The position numbers and the translations under genes were made by a program. Under the pieces are notes generated by a model that was not told the DNA's origin, made no database searches, and was given only the letters and a program-made list of their open reading frames with translations. Shown in pieces: positions 1 through 12,051 of a stretch of DNA of 64,000 nucleotides. Numbering within the stretch: position 1 is the stretch's first letter; each line of letters opens with the position of its first letter. This stretch comes from Paraspadella gotoi (lineage: Eukaryota; Animalia; Chaetognatha): contig CM119263.1 in the NCBI GenBank assembly GCA_051294375.1, positions 11,280,443 through 11,344,442 of the forward strand. The letters are read 5' to 3'.

Positions 1-1443
1 AAAAAAAAAAGAACATTCGAGAGAGCGAGACGGAGCGTGAAAGAGCGAGAGCGAGTCGCCTTCCGAAGCTGGAATTGATTTTCATGTACAAGAAAACGTC
101 GGCCTTTGACCTCAGAATCCGGAGGGGGAAGCGGAAATTCCGATTTGAGGAGGAAGAGCAAAAAAAAAGGGGGGGGGGTGGGGGTGAGATTTTGGGATTG
201 AGAGGTGAGAGTTGAGAGGTGGGGATTGAGATGTCTTCAAAGGATTGCTCTGCAGGTTCGACGAAATCAGAAAATTCTCATCGGTGATCGCGGTAAATCT
301 GAGTCAACCAAAGTCATTTTCAAGTTTAACAAAGTGGACCCCCTCGATTTCTTAAATCTCTCCCGCCACGAACTATTTTTTAATATTTTCTTCATTGTGA
401 ACGAATTATTTTTGTTTCACCAATTTCATATATCGATAGGTTGGTTTAATGGTTTAAGTCAACCGATTTGATTTTTAGGCTGAGGTTGAAAAGTAAGCTT
501 CGTAATAGTTTCTAAGGTTAAATATTTGACAAAGGCGGCGAACGAACTTCGAAAGAGCCATCCATCGCATTTTCATTCCAACGCGATCGCGCCACGACCG
601 CGTCCAGCGCCGCGACCGACGCCGGCGCCGCCCCGGGGCAACCGCCTTCCGAGCGGGTGGTTTCGGCGATGGGGCGGAACGGAATTCGCCCAGCCCAAAC
701 ACCGGCCGGCGCCGCCACGGGGTTTTGCGGCGCCGGCGGCATCGGGCGGCGCCAACGCAGATTTAGGGACGAGGGAAAATTACGGAATTTGTTTTACTCG
801 GCGAGGTCAAGGGGACGAGCGAGTTGGGAATCGGGGAGGGGAAGACGGCGGGGGAGGCAGGTGGAGCGAAACGCCGGAAGGTCGAAAAGTCGACGGGATT
901 GAAATACAAAAGGTCGGAAAGATGGAAAATGGGAGGGAAAGTTGGATTGACCCCACGAGGTCTTCTCAGTTTGCTACCAACGTTAAACGAGGTTCTTCGT
1001 TGAATGCTAAATTATCGTCGGGGAAACAAATTAATTTTACCTAAAAAAAAAATCATATTCCTTTTTATCGAACGTGTCGAATAAAAAAAATAATTCATTT
1101 AATTAAAATTCAAAATGGAATAACGTTCAAGAGTGTTTAAAATTCCGAGGAAAGCAAACAGAGGAAAGGAGAGCGTTTTTAATAAACGAGGATTTCTCAT
1201 TAACTGCGAATTTGAAAAAAAAAATTAGACAAAAAAATTATTACTCCAAAACAAAAGCGGAAACCAGAATAAACAAGAACAGATTTCAATTTATGTAAAT
1301 GAGGAGAATAGGGTAAACGAAAAGAGGTTTTTTTGATGGAAACGTGTATTAATTTTATAGTACCCACTCCTGATTGTTTTTAAAAGATAGTCAATAAAAT
1401 GACAGCGAAAGTCGAAATGTTTAAAGAACATTTGATCTTGTAT

Positions 1444-1455
1444 TCTTTCTTTTCT

Positions 1456-1548
<93 letters not shown>

Positions 1549-1560
1549 TTTCTTTTCTTT
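1444..1560 (+). repeat. (TTTC)n microsatellite
   Basis: Directly visible; similar tracts at ~10805-10960 and (AAAG)n at ~52171-52250. Confidence 0.95.
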
Positions 1561-2565
1561 TTTTTTCTTTTCTTTTTTACTTTCCTTCCTTTCTTTCCTT
1601 CCCTCGATGGTGAATGACCAAAGAAGGGTTCGAAGAACTCGGCCTTGAAACGACGTAGTTTGGGGTCTTAAGTGGATTGAACCTGGATTGATGGCGCTCT
1701 GCTCTTTTCTTGCTTTTCTTTTATCCTTAATCCTCCGCTTTTCATTTCATTGACGGACCTCGGTGGTCAACCGCCCATTTATTTATGTTTTCCTCAATTC
1801 CCGAGAATGTGTAAGGCTTTTTTTTTTGGGAGGTCAGAATAACAAATTTTTTTATCATGATTAATTACAAACTGTTGGTTTATTTGTTTTTATCTAGGTT
1901 TTTTACTTTCCTATCTGTCAGGAAGGAAAACGTTTAAATGGCGGCGAAGATGAAGTCGATTAGAGAGAAACCGAGCGAAGGTTTACTCGTGGACAGAGAG
2001 AGAGATGAGAAGTGAGAGAGAAGCGATAGAGGAGAGAGAGGAGAGAGAGGATGATCGAGACGAGGAGATGAGAGAGAGAGAGAGAGAGAGAGAGCCTCTG
2101 ATTTTTTTGTAATCGACCTCTTTTGTTGGGACGCCGGGTCGGTGCCTCCGGTCGATTGCGCCATTGGTGGCGTGCGTCTCGAATGGCGTGCGCCAAAACT
2201 TACGCAGTCGAAGGTCAAGGGTTGTGCGTAATGGGGACGCAGGGTTCGCTCGTCGTCGGCCGGACGAATCTGCGCCCCTTTCCTCCAAGGTCATCCGCTC
2301 TGACTCCCACTCCCGCTCCCACTGGTTCCATCTCTCGCCCCTCAGACTTTCTTTCCTTCCAAATCCCTTTTTTTAGCATTTTCTTTTTTTTTTTGGGTTC
2401 TCTTCTCCTTTCACTACCAATCCACATTTTTTCATCCCTTCTTCCATTCTATTCCCTTTCCTTTTATCTTCTTCCTTCATTCCTCTCCCTTTCCTCATTT
2501 CCTTTCTCTTTCCTCGAAGAAGAATTCGTCCTCCAGAGAGAAATCTACGACGTCAGCACAATTGT

Positions 2566-2599
<34 letters not shown>

Positions 2600-2712
2600 A
2601 TATTTCTCTTTCTTCATTGCGGTAATAGTTATTAATCGTTAAGGTTATCCTCTTTACGAAGATCGTTAACGAAAATTAAAACGAGCATTTCTTTAATTGC
2701 CTCTCGTCGTCT

Positions 2713-2845
2713 TTGTCATTCTCGTTGTCCTCATTGTCATTCTCGTTGTCCTCATTGTCATTCTCGTTGTCCTCATTGTCATTCTCGTTGTCCTCATTGT
2801 CATTCTCGTTGTCCTCATTGTCATTCTCGTTGTCGTCATTGTCAC
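2713..2845 (+). repeat. 21-bp minisatellite (TTGTCATTCTCGTTGTCCTCA) x ~6
   Basis: Directly visible; explains the periodic IVILVVL and MRTTRMT ORFs. Confidence 0.93.
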
Positions 2846-3903
2846 GATCGTCATCGTCGAGGACGCGTTAGTCATCGTCTTCGTCGTCCGACTCATTATC
2901 GTAATAAAGGCGCCGTCCTTTCGTGACGTTATCCTCGTAAAGAAGTTCCCTCGACGTCATCGTTGCTGCCGGCGGCGAGACCAAAATGGACATTGTTGCA
3001 GTCGTCGTCGTCGTCGTCGTCGTCGTGGTCGTCGTCGTCGTCGTCGTCGTCGTCGTGGTTGTCGTCGCAATTATCGTCCTCAATATCTTCATACTCTTCT
3101 CCCCACCGCCGTTCCATCGGACCAACTTTTCTTCAGCCTTCTCCTTTATTCTTTCTTTTTACTTTTCCTTTCTCTTTTCTCCCTTCTCGCGTTTCTATTC
3201 TCTTTCGTTTGAAAATCCTCTATCCTTCTATGGCCTCACTATCCTATTTCAATCCTATCCTATTTTGTAAACCATTTTACCCAATCGAATGTTTCGCGGT
3301 TTTTTTTTTTTAAACATTAAAGTTGTCCTTCATTCATTTTTCAGCTTTTTTTTTTTTTTAAACTTTCTGCCTCATTAAACTAAAAATCTTTTCCAAACCC
3401 CCCCCCCACTAATTCTTTAACTAATTTGTTCTCTGTTTTAATGAGTTCTTCTTCTCTGCTTCGGCGTCTTCGCTTTCACGTCGATGTTAGCCTAAACCAT
3501 CGTTTTGGGCTCTTCTTATCTCTAGATGAGGAAATCCAATCCGGCGTTAAATATTCCAGCTTATTTGCAAAATCAATTGGACATAAATTTAAAGTTTTGG
3601 AATATTAATCATTCTGCCACAATTTTTGCATTATTATACGTATATAAAATAAAATGGCAAATCATTTTAAACGCTCTCCTCTAAATTTGAAGATTCTTTA
3701 CTTTTTTCATGTCTACCAGACATATACTATAAACTAAAAAGCAAGACAAATTGGCTGAAAGAGAGAGAGAAACGAGCTAGTGGTGAAAATAAGAAAAAAG
3801 TACAAATAAAAAAGAAAGACAAATTGGTTTAAAAAGCAAAAAGAAGGACAAATTAATGGGCGAGAAAAGGGAGCGTTGGTAAAAAAAAATTTGGTGGGTA
3901 GTG

Positions 3904-3943
<40 letters not shown>

Positions 3944-6469
3944 CCGAAAACGCATTGGACTCGACTGTAGGTCGCTTGAGTAGATGGAGGCGGCCATTTT
4001 GAATCCGCCTCCTTGTATCCGCCTCGAATGCAACTTTTTTTCATTTTTCGCCCTCGCGTGGAAATGAAAGGGAGAGAGACTGAGAGAGAGTGGGTGTTGA
4101 TGAGGATTCTAGGGAGCGGGGCGTGGAGTGGGATATGCGAGCTAGGGGACTAATTGAGTGGTTCAGGGAGGTGGAAATGGTTTTTGTAGAAGTGGCGCTG
4201 GTACTATCACTCTTTGGCTCGGAGCGTGTTACATGTTTAGTGAAATGGAAGTGTTGTAGGCTCGTAGTACTTAGATTGGTAAATTGGAAGTAAACGCTTC
4301 GTGGGAGTAGATGTTTGTGTCTAATCTATGCCCGTCGTTGCCGTGTGCGCCAACACCGTTAAGGGATTTTCATCGTGCGAGACGTGGATGAATTTTTTTG
4401 ATCAGCATTGTTCGCCCGCAACTTTTTTTTTTTTTAATATCGACACGGAATTTTGGTTCCATAAAAATTGCGTCGACGTCGAACAAAAAATGAGTAAAAA
4501 ATAACAATTGCCGATGATCTGACATAGGAATGACTCCCGGGCGAATTATTTAATCAATGTTTGATCTTTTTGAAAAATGGTTATTAAATTACGTGAGAGA
4601 AGAACAAAATTATTATTAACTCTATTTTTTTTTTTTGGTACGGGAATCATTAGTAAGCTTATAACACTTGGACGTCGGCGTTCGTAGGGTCATCGCCTGA
4701 CGCTTCCCGGTCCCTCGTCGTCCGCCCTCCGTACGACGGATCACCCCGGGGACCCGTCATGATTTCCCCCCCCCACGGTCATTATTGTCTGCGGTCGCAC
4801 CCCATTTGCCCGACATTCAATTTTTGTCGTCCGCTTCCCGCTCTCTTCCCTTTCATTCTCGCTTATCCCTATTCTCTTTTTCCTTTTCCACCACATCTCT
4901 TCTTTTTAACTTTTTTTTTTTTTCGTCCCAAACAACGAGAACCGATTTTATGACGATGTCGGCAGCGTCGACCGCGTCGGCCGTGCGGGTCGGTGCGGCG
5001 GCGGCGGCGGCGGCGGCGATGGCGGCGTGGCTCGAAAAACCCAAAAAGGTCTCCCGGGTCCAAAGGTGGGATTTCAGGCGAAGTTTTGAGCGGTTTAAGG
5101 ATGGCAGGGGAAATGGAAAAAGGCTTCGCGACGTCGGATGGCGTTTGGTACGAGGAGGTACGAGGGAAACGCTCACGAGCGTGTTTGCAAACGCGAACGC
5201 GAAGGCAAAAATAAAGAAAATACTATGTGAGAAGCTGAAAGAGAGACCGAAATGTTAATGCAAATCAAAAGCTAAGTAGGCTACAAGGAAGTTCGTTAAT
5301 TAAGCGGTAGAATTATGCGTCGGACCATAGAGGTATATCAGAAAAGAGAGGGTTGATCGAAGAGTTGGAATTGAACGGAGAAAAAAGTCGAAGCCGCCTT
5401 TTCCCCATTGGATTCGAGAAATTCGCGATTCGTAGTTTCGGACACGAAAAGGCGCCGGAATTCGTGCGTCGATGGCGCGAGTGGGCGTTGACGCGGCGTC
5501 GGAAGGACGAAGCAGGTGGGATGGCGGCGCGATCTTCGTGGGTAATGGATGCGGTTGTCGAATGACGATAGCGTCGTTTAGTTGGAAGTCGTCGTCATGT
5601 TCGTTATGTGGTGGTGGTGGTCGTGGTCTGCCTTGAAAAATCGCGTCAATTTGCGTCGTCAAATTTATCGTTGAAGTCTTCATAGTAGTTGTACAGTTGT
5701 ACAGTTGTTCAGTTCGGGTTAACAAGGTCGCGAATGATGGAATGCTCAGCGGTTTATAAAAAGGGCCAGCTATGTTAGTGTAAAATTTGATAAGCTCCCT
5801 TCGTTGCAACATCACTCTAGGCAGTACGAAGGCGGGGACGTAAGCAGCGTCAGCCGAGCGACGCCGCGGCGCGCACCTCTCGCCAGTTTTACTACAAACC
5901 ATTCATTCAATTTTTATGACGGGAATTATGGGTCCTCGTTAAGTCATTATGACGGAATTGGAAAACGAAATAAAAACCATCGAAAACTTCACGGTTCGCG
6001 GTTATTCATTTTGGAATTTCGTATCGAAAATTCGTTTTTCAAAATTTTTTTTTTCATTTCATAGATATTTCGTGTTGAAATTATTTCAAATTAGTTTAAA
6101 TTATCATTATTATTGTATCTATTATATTTTTGATTATAATTTAATTATTTTAAATAGTATTTAATTTCATCAAATCTCGTGTTTCAGGTTTGAAATCACA
6201 TTTATAATCTTTCTGAAGCCATATCCTGGACTTAGTCGCTAATGACCAAACGGTCATTTCCACTAGCTCTTCGCCAGTAGGGCGTTGCCCCTCGCCATTC
6301 GCCGGTCGCCACTTGCCACTTTTCACTGTCGTATTTCATAACCATTCGCTTTCTTCGCCTTCGGAGGTGCTAGACATTTTACGACTTCTCTTGTTCGCCA
6401 AAGAAAAACGGAAAGCGTTAATAAAAAATACATGCGAGAAAGAGAAAGAGCAAAAGAGAGCAAGGGAAG

Positions 6470-6473
6470 AGAG

Positions 6474-6558
<85 letters not shown>

Positions 6559-6611
6559 TGAGAGAGAGAGAGATAGAGAAGAGATACACAGAGAGATAGA
6601 TACCGAGAGAG

Positions 6612-6670
<59 letters not shown>

Positions 6671-6956
6671 TACAGAAAATACCAAAAAACCAAAAAAAGT
6701 AGGACCAAATATATAATATTAAACTTTTTTGTGAGACAGTAAACAAACGAAAAAGATACGAATCTTCGCATTGAAAACAAAAAGAATGTTTGGCGTCCGC
6801 GAAAAAAAACAAAAAAACAAAACAATTTCCGTTCACAGAGGAAAAACAAATAATTTGTGTTGAGAAAAGAAAAACAAAAAGACTTAGCTTCTTTGAGGGT
6901 TGTTCTGATTTTACTCCTGGGATTAACCTTCATCTCAGAACCTTGTGGAAACGCTT

Positions 6957-7039
<83 letters not shown>

Positions 7040-7078
7040 ACTCTCTCTCTCTCTCTTTCTCTCTTCACTCTCTCTCCC

Positions 7079-7152
<74 letters not shown>
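6470..7152. repeat. (AG)n tract 6470-6665 and (CT)n tract 6957-7152, representative of dozens of AG/CT microsatellites in the window
   Basis: Directly visible. Others include 9717-9810, 15128-15700, 17660-17754, 43440-43510, 47731-47830, 57707-57816, 59054-59140 and 62657-62762. Confidence 0.97.
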
Positions 7153-7154
<2 letters not shown>

Positions 7155-8327
7155 GCCCAACGATGCAGATGCCCTTTTTATGGTGTTTGGGTGGAGTAGC
7201 GGCGACGACGACGATGCGAATGGAAGGTGGAATCTAAAAATAAAGGAAGAAGAAGATTTAAGAAGGAAAATCTGAAGTCGGAGGCGGAGTTGAAGCAATT
7301 GAGGAGGAAAGCGAAGAAATAGGAGACAATGATGACAGGGGAGGGGCGGAGAATGACAGAGACAGCGAAAACATTGAGAGTGACTGTGACATTGAGGAAG
7401 AAGAGAATGACAAAGAAAGTGAAGAGATGAAGGATGACGAAGACCAATGAAAATTAAGAAATAGAAAATGGCGACGACAAGGAAGAACTGATGAATGACA
7501 AAGAAAGTGAAGAAGTGTAGGATGACGAAGACCCAAAAAGAAAAAAATCCATAACTGGCGTCGGGTAAGAAACGAGCATAAAAGAGGAAAAGGCTGAGTT
7601 AGCGGGTTGATGGGTGAGGAAAGAGTAAGTAGGAAAATGAAAACAGAAAAAGGAAAGGAAAAACTGATAGGAGAAAAGTACAGGAATAGGAAATGGAAAC
7701 AAAAGTTGTAACAAAGAAAAACTAAGAAGAAGGTGACGAGAAAAACAGAAGACGATGAGACTCAAGATTTCATTCGTGAAAAAGATGAGAAGAGCGGACG
7801 GCTAAAAGGTCCGTTGCCTTTGTGAATGGTGTTTTGTCTCCCATAGTTTGAACCCGATTTTTAACGGTCATTTTATTCTTTGGCGTCAGGACATTCACTT
7901 CCCTACCCCCAGTTTTCGGGTTGTGTAATTTGTTATACTTACAGTTACATATTTAATTAAGGCCGTTCTTTTTGAAAAATAAAATAAAATTCTCAGATTT
8001 ACATTCGCGAATTGGCTTTGCCGGCCATCGTAGAGGAAAGCGAGCCGCGATTCCAGAAGATAAACCCGGATTTCATTCGCGACTGAAGGAATGAAAAAAA
8101 AAAACGGGAAGGATTACGCGCGACAGATGTTGGGCTCGACCGGCGTTCGGACTCGAGGCGGGCGGGAGGCGTCGATAGAGAGGCAGTGGCCTCGTTCTGA
8201 GAGAAAACCGAGACGATTTTGAAATCGTGAAAATGGTAACTTGGTAAGTGAGTATGGTAGTTTGGAAAAAGCTGCGGCGGGTCGGAATATTGTGCTAGGA
8301 GATTCTTTGAAGTCGACCTGCGCGATT

Positions 8328-9048
8328 CTCGTGCGTCATTCGCCTCAGATTCTCGTCGCCAGAGAAATAATTTTTTTTATAATTTTTCCTTCATTTGGTT
8401 CGCGTAATCGATTTAAATTTCCCTCCGTACAGTTTAACTCGGTTCGATTCTTTCATAGTAGTTAATCGCATTAGTCTTGATTGGGAACAACGATAAATTG
8501 CGGGGTGAAACTGGACAATGCCGGCTACAATGTATTTGTTGGCAGTGGTTCATAAGTAAAAATATTGGCAATGCTGATCGCTTTGTGATCATAGTTTGTA
8601 CATATATAGTTTATAGATTATAGTGGATTACGAGACAACCTGTGATGATTCTTATATAATATTTATCAACTATTTAAAATGTTTCGTTATTAATTCCTCG
8701 TGCGTCATTCGCCTCAGATTCGCGTCGCCAGAGAAATATTGTTTAAAATAATTTTTCCTTCATTTGGTTCGCGTAATCGATTTAAATTTCACTCCGTACA
8801 GTTTAACTCGGTTCGATTCTTCAGTAGTAGTTAATCGCATTAGTATTGATTGGGAACGACGATAAATTGCGGGGTGAACCTGGACCATGCCGGCTTAAAT
8901 GTATTATTTGTTGGTAGTGGTTCATAAGTAAAAATATTGGCAATGCTGATCGCTTTGTGATCATAGTTTATAGTGGATAACGAGACTATCTGTGATGATT
9001 CTTATATTCATTTATCAACCATTTAAAACGTTTCGTTATTAATTCCTC
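8328..9048 (+). repeat. Tandem duplication of a ~369-bp unit (8328-8696, 8697-9048)
   Basis: ctcgtgcgtcattcgcctcagattc starts at both 8328 and 8697. The copies differ by scattered substitutions and a ~20-bp deletion in copy 2. Confidence 0.95.
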
Positions 9049-9713
9049 TCCGTCGCGTTAATTCGCTGAACCATTCCTCTCTACCGAAGGAAAAAAAAAA
9101 TGAAAACGTTTGACGACTCGGAAGAACGAAATAAGAGATTGAAAATAATAAATGAACGAAGGAAGGAAAAAATAAAAAGAAACGAGAAAAAGAGAGCGAA
9201 ACGCGAGGCGAAAGTCAGTAATTAATCCGTGGAGAGAAAAAGGCAACGATCGGTCGATAGAGGTCGACGCCTTTTAATTTCTTCCTTAACAAAAATGTAT
9301 GAATCGAGATGAATCTCTTTCGATTTGGATGAATGTTCTCTGAATTACGAAAGAGTCGAGGCTCGTTAAAAGCAATGGAGGCATATATTGGTTTTCGTTA
9401 AAAAAAATTTTTTTTTATCGAGTCGGGCCTTTCTTTTTATTTTACTTTAATCACAGGAGAGGAAAACGACAAAAAAGTGTAGTTTAAAAAGGTTAATTTG
9501 TATATATAACATATTTTCGATGGTAGTAAATCATTTTTTTCGTATTATTATCCTGAAACTAAAGCAAAAACGAGATAAAACTTTTCTATTTTATCTTTAA
9601 GCATACGTCAAAAAAGTTATCCCTTTATGGTATTGCATCGAGCTTTTGACGTAGGCAACGGAAAATGGTTCCACTAGGCGGATGAAGCTAGAACCTCTTA
9701 AAGTTATCAACTT

Positions 9714-9815
<102 letters not shown>

Positions 9816-10104
9816 TCTAAACTCCTTGCCAACTGTTTCGATTGTTTCTCGTCCCAAGGGATTTATCTTTCTCGTTTTCTCATTAGGTTTTTCATGATCC
9901 ATTGTTCTCTTTTAACTGTTCACTTGTGAGAACCGAACCGACCCAAATGAGGAAAGAGATACTCAGCGGTGAAGAGCAGCAAAATTGCGTTTAAATTAGA
10001 AACTTTCATATTCACGCAATAGTTTTTTTTTTATCAAAGAAAAATAATATTTTTATTCTTTACACATATCAACAAGACCAATAAATTTGGCCACTTCCCT
10101 TGCT

Positions 10105-10200
10105 AAATTTCGCTACTTCGCCAACAAACTACGCCATTTTTTAAGTTAATTTCGCCACTTCGCCAGCATATTTCGCCACTTTGCCAGCAAACTACGCCAG
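10105..10200 (+). repeat. Short degenerate tandem repeat (atttcgccacttcgccagcaaactacgcca-like)
   Basis: Three to four imperfect copies of ttcgcca/ctacgcca motifs. Confidence 0.6.
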
Positions 10201-10768
10201 ATGGCAAAACCGAGATAGCGCAACGACAAACTGGATTTCGTCGTGAGTCGACGAGGCGACGCGGAAATGACGTCGCGGTCGCTGGACGAATCCGACGTGA
10301 ATGACCGACTCGTATGGCGCATAAGTTATTAACATATTTAGACGTTGGATTTTTTAAAGTTTGAAACATTAGATATCGCCAGTTTTAAATTCTTCGGACA
10401 ATAAAAGTTTATTATAACTATACAATTTTTAGAATTAACCGCTTAGCAGTAGCACATCATACCATAGCACACCACACCAGTAGCGCATCATAGCACACCT
10501 CTCAGCACAAAAGATTCTCTCGTTCCGCGCCAAGTTGAAACGGTTAAACTTTACGCTTGGTTCGTTCGTTGAAAAAAAAAAACCGTCAAAATCTCCCGTC
10601 ACATTCGTCATCGGCGTCGGAGGAAACGCGGCAATAATTCCGACAGGCAAAGTTATTGACGTCGTCCGCCACGCAGTTTTCCGTTGCAGGTGGTTTTCAT
10701 TTTTGGAGGCGACGATGACGATGAGGAAGCAGCGGATATCATCTATCTCAGTTTCCGAATACCTTTTT

Positions 10769-10804
<36 letters not shown>

Positions 10805-10854
10805 TTCTTTTCTTCTTCTTTCTTTCTTTCTTTTTTTTCTTCTTTCTCTTTTTT

Positions 10855-10898
<44 letters not shown>

Positions 10899-11548
10899 TT
10901 CTTTTTTCTTTCTTTCTTTCTCTTTCTCTTCTTCTTTCTTCTTTCTTTCTTTTTTCTCTTCTCTCTCTCTCTCCCCCCATCTATCCCCTTTCTTCGCTCA
11001 CATCTCTGATCGACATCCGCCTCGCTGTCGTCTCTACGATTTCCGCCGGGAACATCTTGCATATTTCATGAATCCCTTTTTTTTTAATCCTTTTTTTTGT
11101 GTTCTCTTTTTTTCCGCTTGCCCTTTGTTTACTTCTATTCCGACGGCGAGGTTTCCATTTTCTCCGCCAGAACCGCGGGTCAAACTCATCTCTGCAAATA
11201 TCTTCGTTTTACCCTCGATTCCTGGGGAAACCGAGAGGAACATTTGACGATTATTTTCCACCGTTTCTTCGTTTCTTTTGTTTCTTCGTCTTTTTTCTCG
11301 TCTCCTTTTTTCTTTCGATTTGCTGCAATCTCTTCCAAACTCTTTTCCTTCACTTTTTCAATTTAGTCTTTCAATAGTTCTTAATTCTTATATTTTCCCC
11401 CCTTATCAATTTTTTACCTTTTCTCTGTCTTTTCCTCCATCCCAAGGCTCTTATACATTTTTTTAATCTCTCGTTTTAGAGTTTTCGGTTATCTTCTCTC
11501 TCTCTCCTCTCTCTCTCTTCTCCTCTCTCTTCTCCTCTCTCTCCTCTC

Positions 11549-11606
<58 letters not shown>

Positions 11607-12003
11607 GTCCGTCGTCATTTTTCATTTCCTCTCCCACCATAAAAGGCCAAAACCCGGCGACCCACAGGTGCGCGGTCACACGGAAGGAAAAGACTCCAGA
11701 AAAAAATATGATTAGTCGTTTATGAAAAAAAAATGGAGGAGAAAAAAAGACATACATAATTACATATGTATATATGATAGAAAAGCATGAAGATAAAATA
11801 AAAAAAAGGATTTCAGAGATAAATAGAGACAAAAATTTTCGGAAAGAAAGTCGTTTGTCATTTCCTCTTCATAGTTAAACAACTTTCCTTCATTAGCCCC
11901 CTGCTCCCTACTCGACGCAACCAACCCTTCTATCTGCCCTGCAGCCGCCCTTCAAACTTGAAAATGCCCATATTTCAACTAATGGATTTTCATCCTCGTC
12001 CAG

Positions 12004-12051
12004 ATGGGGGCCAACGACATGGAGGGCTTCGGACGAAGTCTCAGCGAATAG
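12004..12051 (+). CDS. Candidate terminal coding exon of an unidentified spliced gene (MGANDMEGFGRSLSE*)
   Basis: Branch-like ACTAAT, pyrimidine run and CAG acceptor (12001-12003), then GC3-rich codons to TAG, followed by AT-rich sequence with AATAAA near 12259. No homology recognised. Confidence 0.3.
   Translation: MGANDMEGFGRSLSE

Noticed and set aside
526-1044. GC-rich island with several overlapping ORFs
   Set aside because: Open frames on both strands are expected from GC content, and no domain is recognised. It may be regulatory but that is unsupported.
2697-3212. 171-aa very hydrophobic and Arg-rich ORF resembling a membrane protein
   Set aside because: Explained entirely by the 21-bp minisatellite and (TCG)n tracts.
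3990-4001. YY1-like motif (CAAAATGGCCGC on the minus strand) as a promoter mark
   Set aside because: A single short motif with no linked gene or TSS evidence; similar words occur several times in the window.
5300-5902. 200-aa non-repetitive minus-strand ORF
   Set aside because: No recognisable motif, codon bias or splice context. It cannot be supported without a homology search.
6313-7298. Many long ORFs with SLSLSL/ERERER translations, here and throughout the window
   Set aside because: They are stop-free frames of (AG/CT)n and (TTTC)n microsatellites, or N-runs, with no protein signal.
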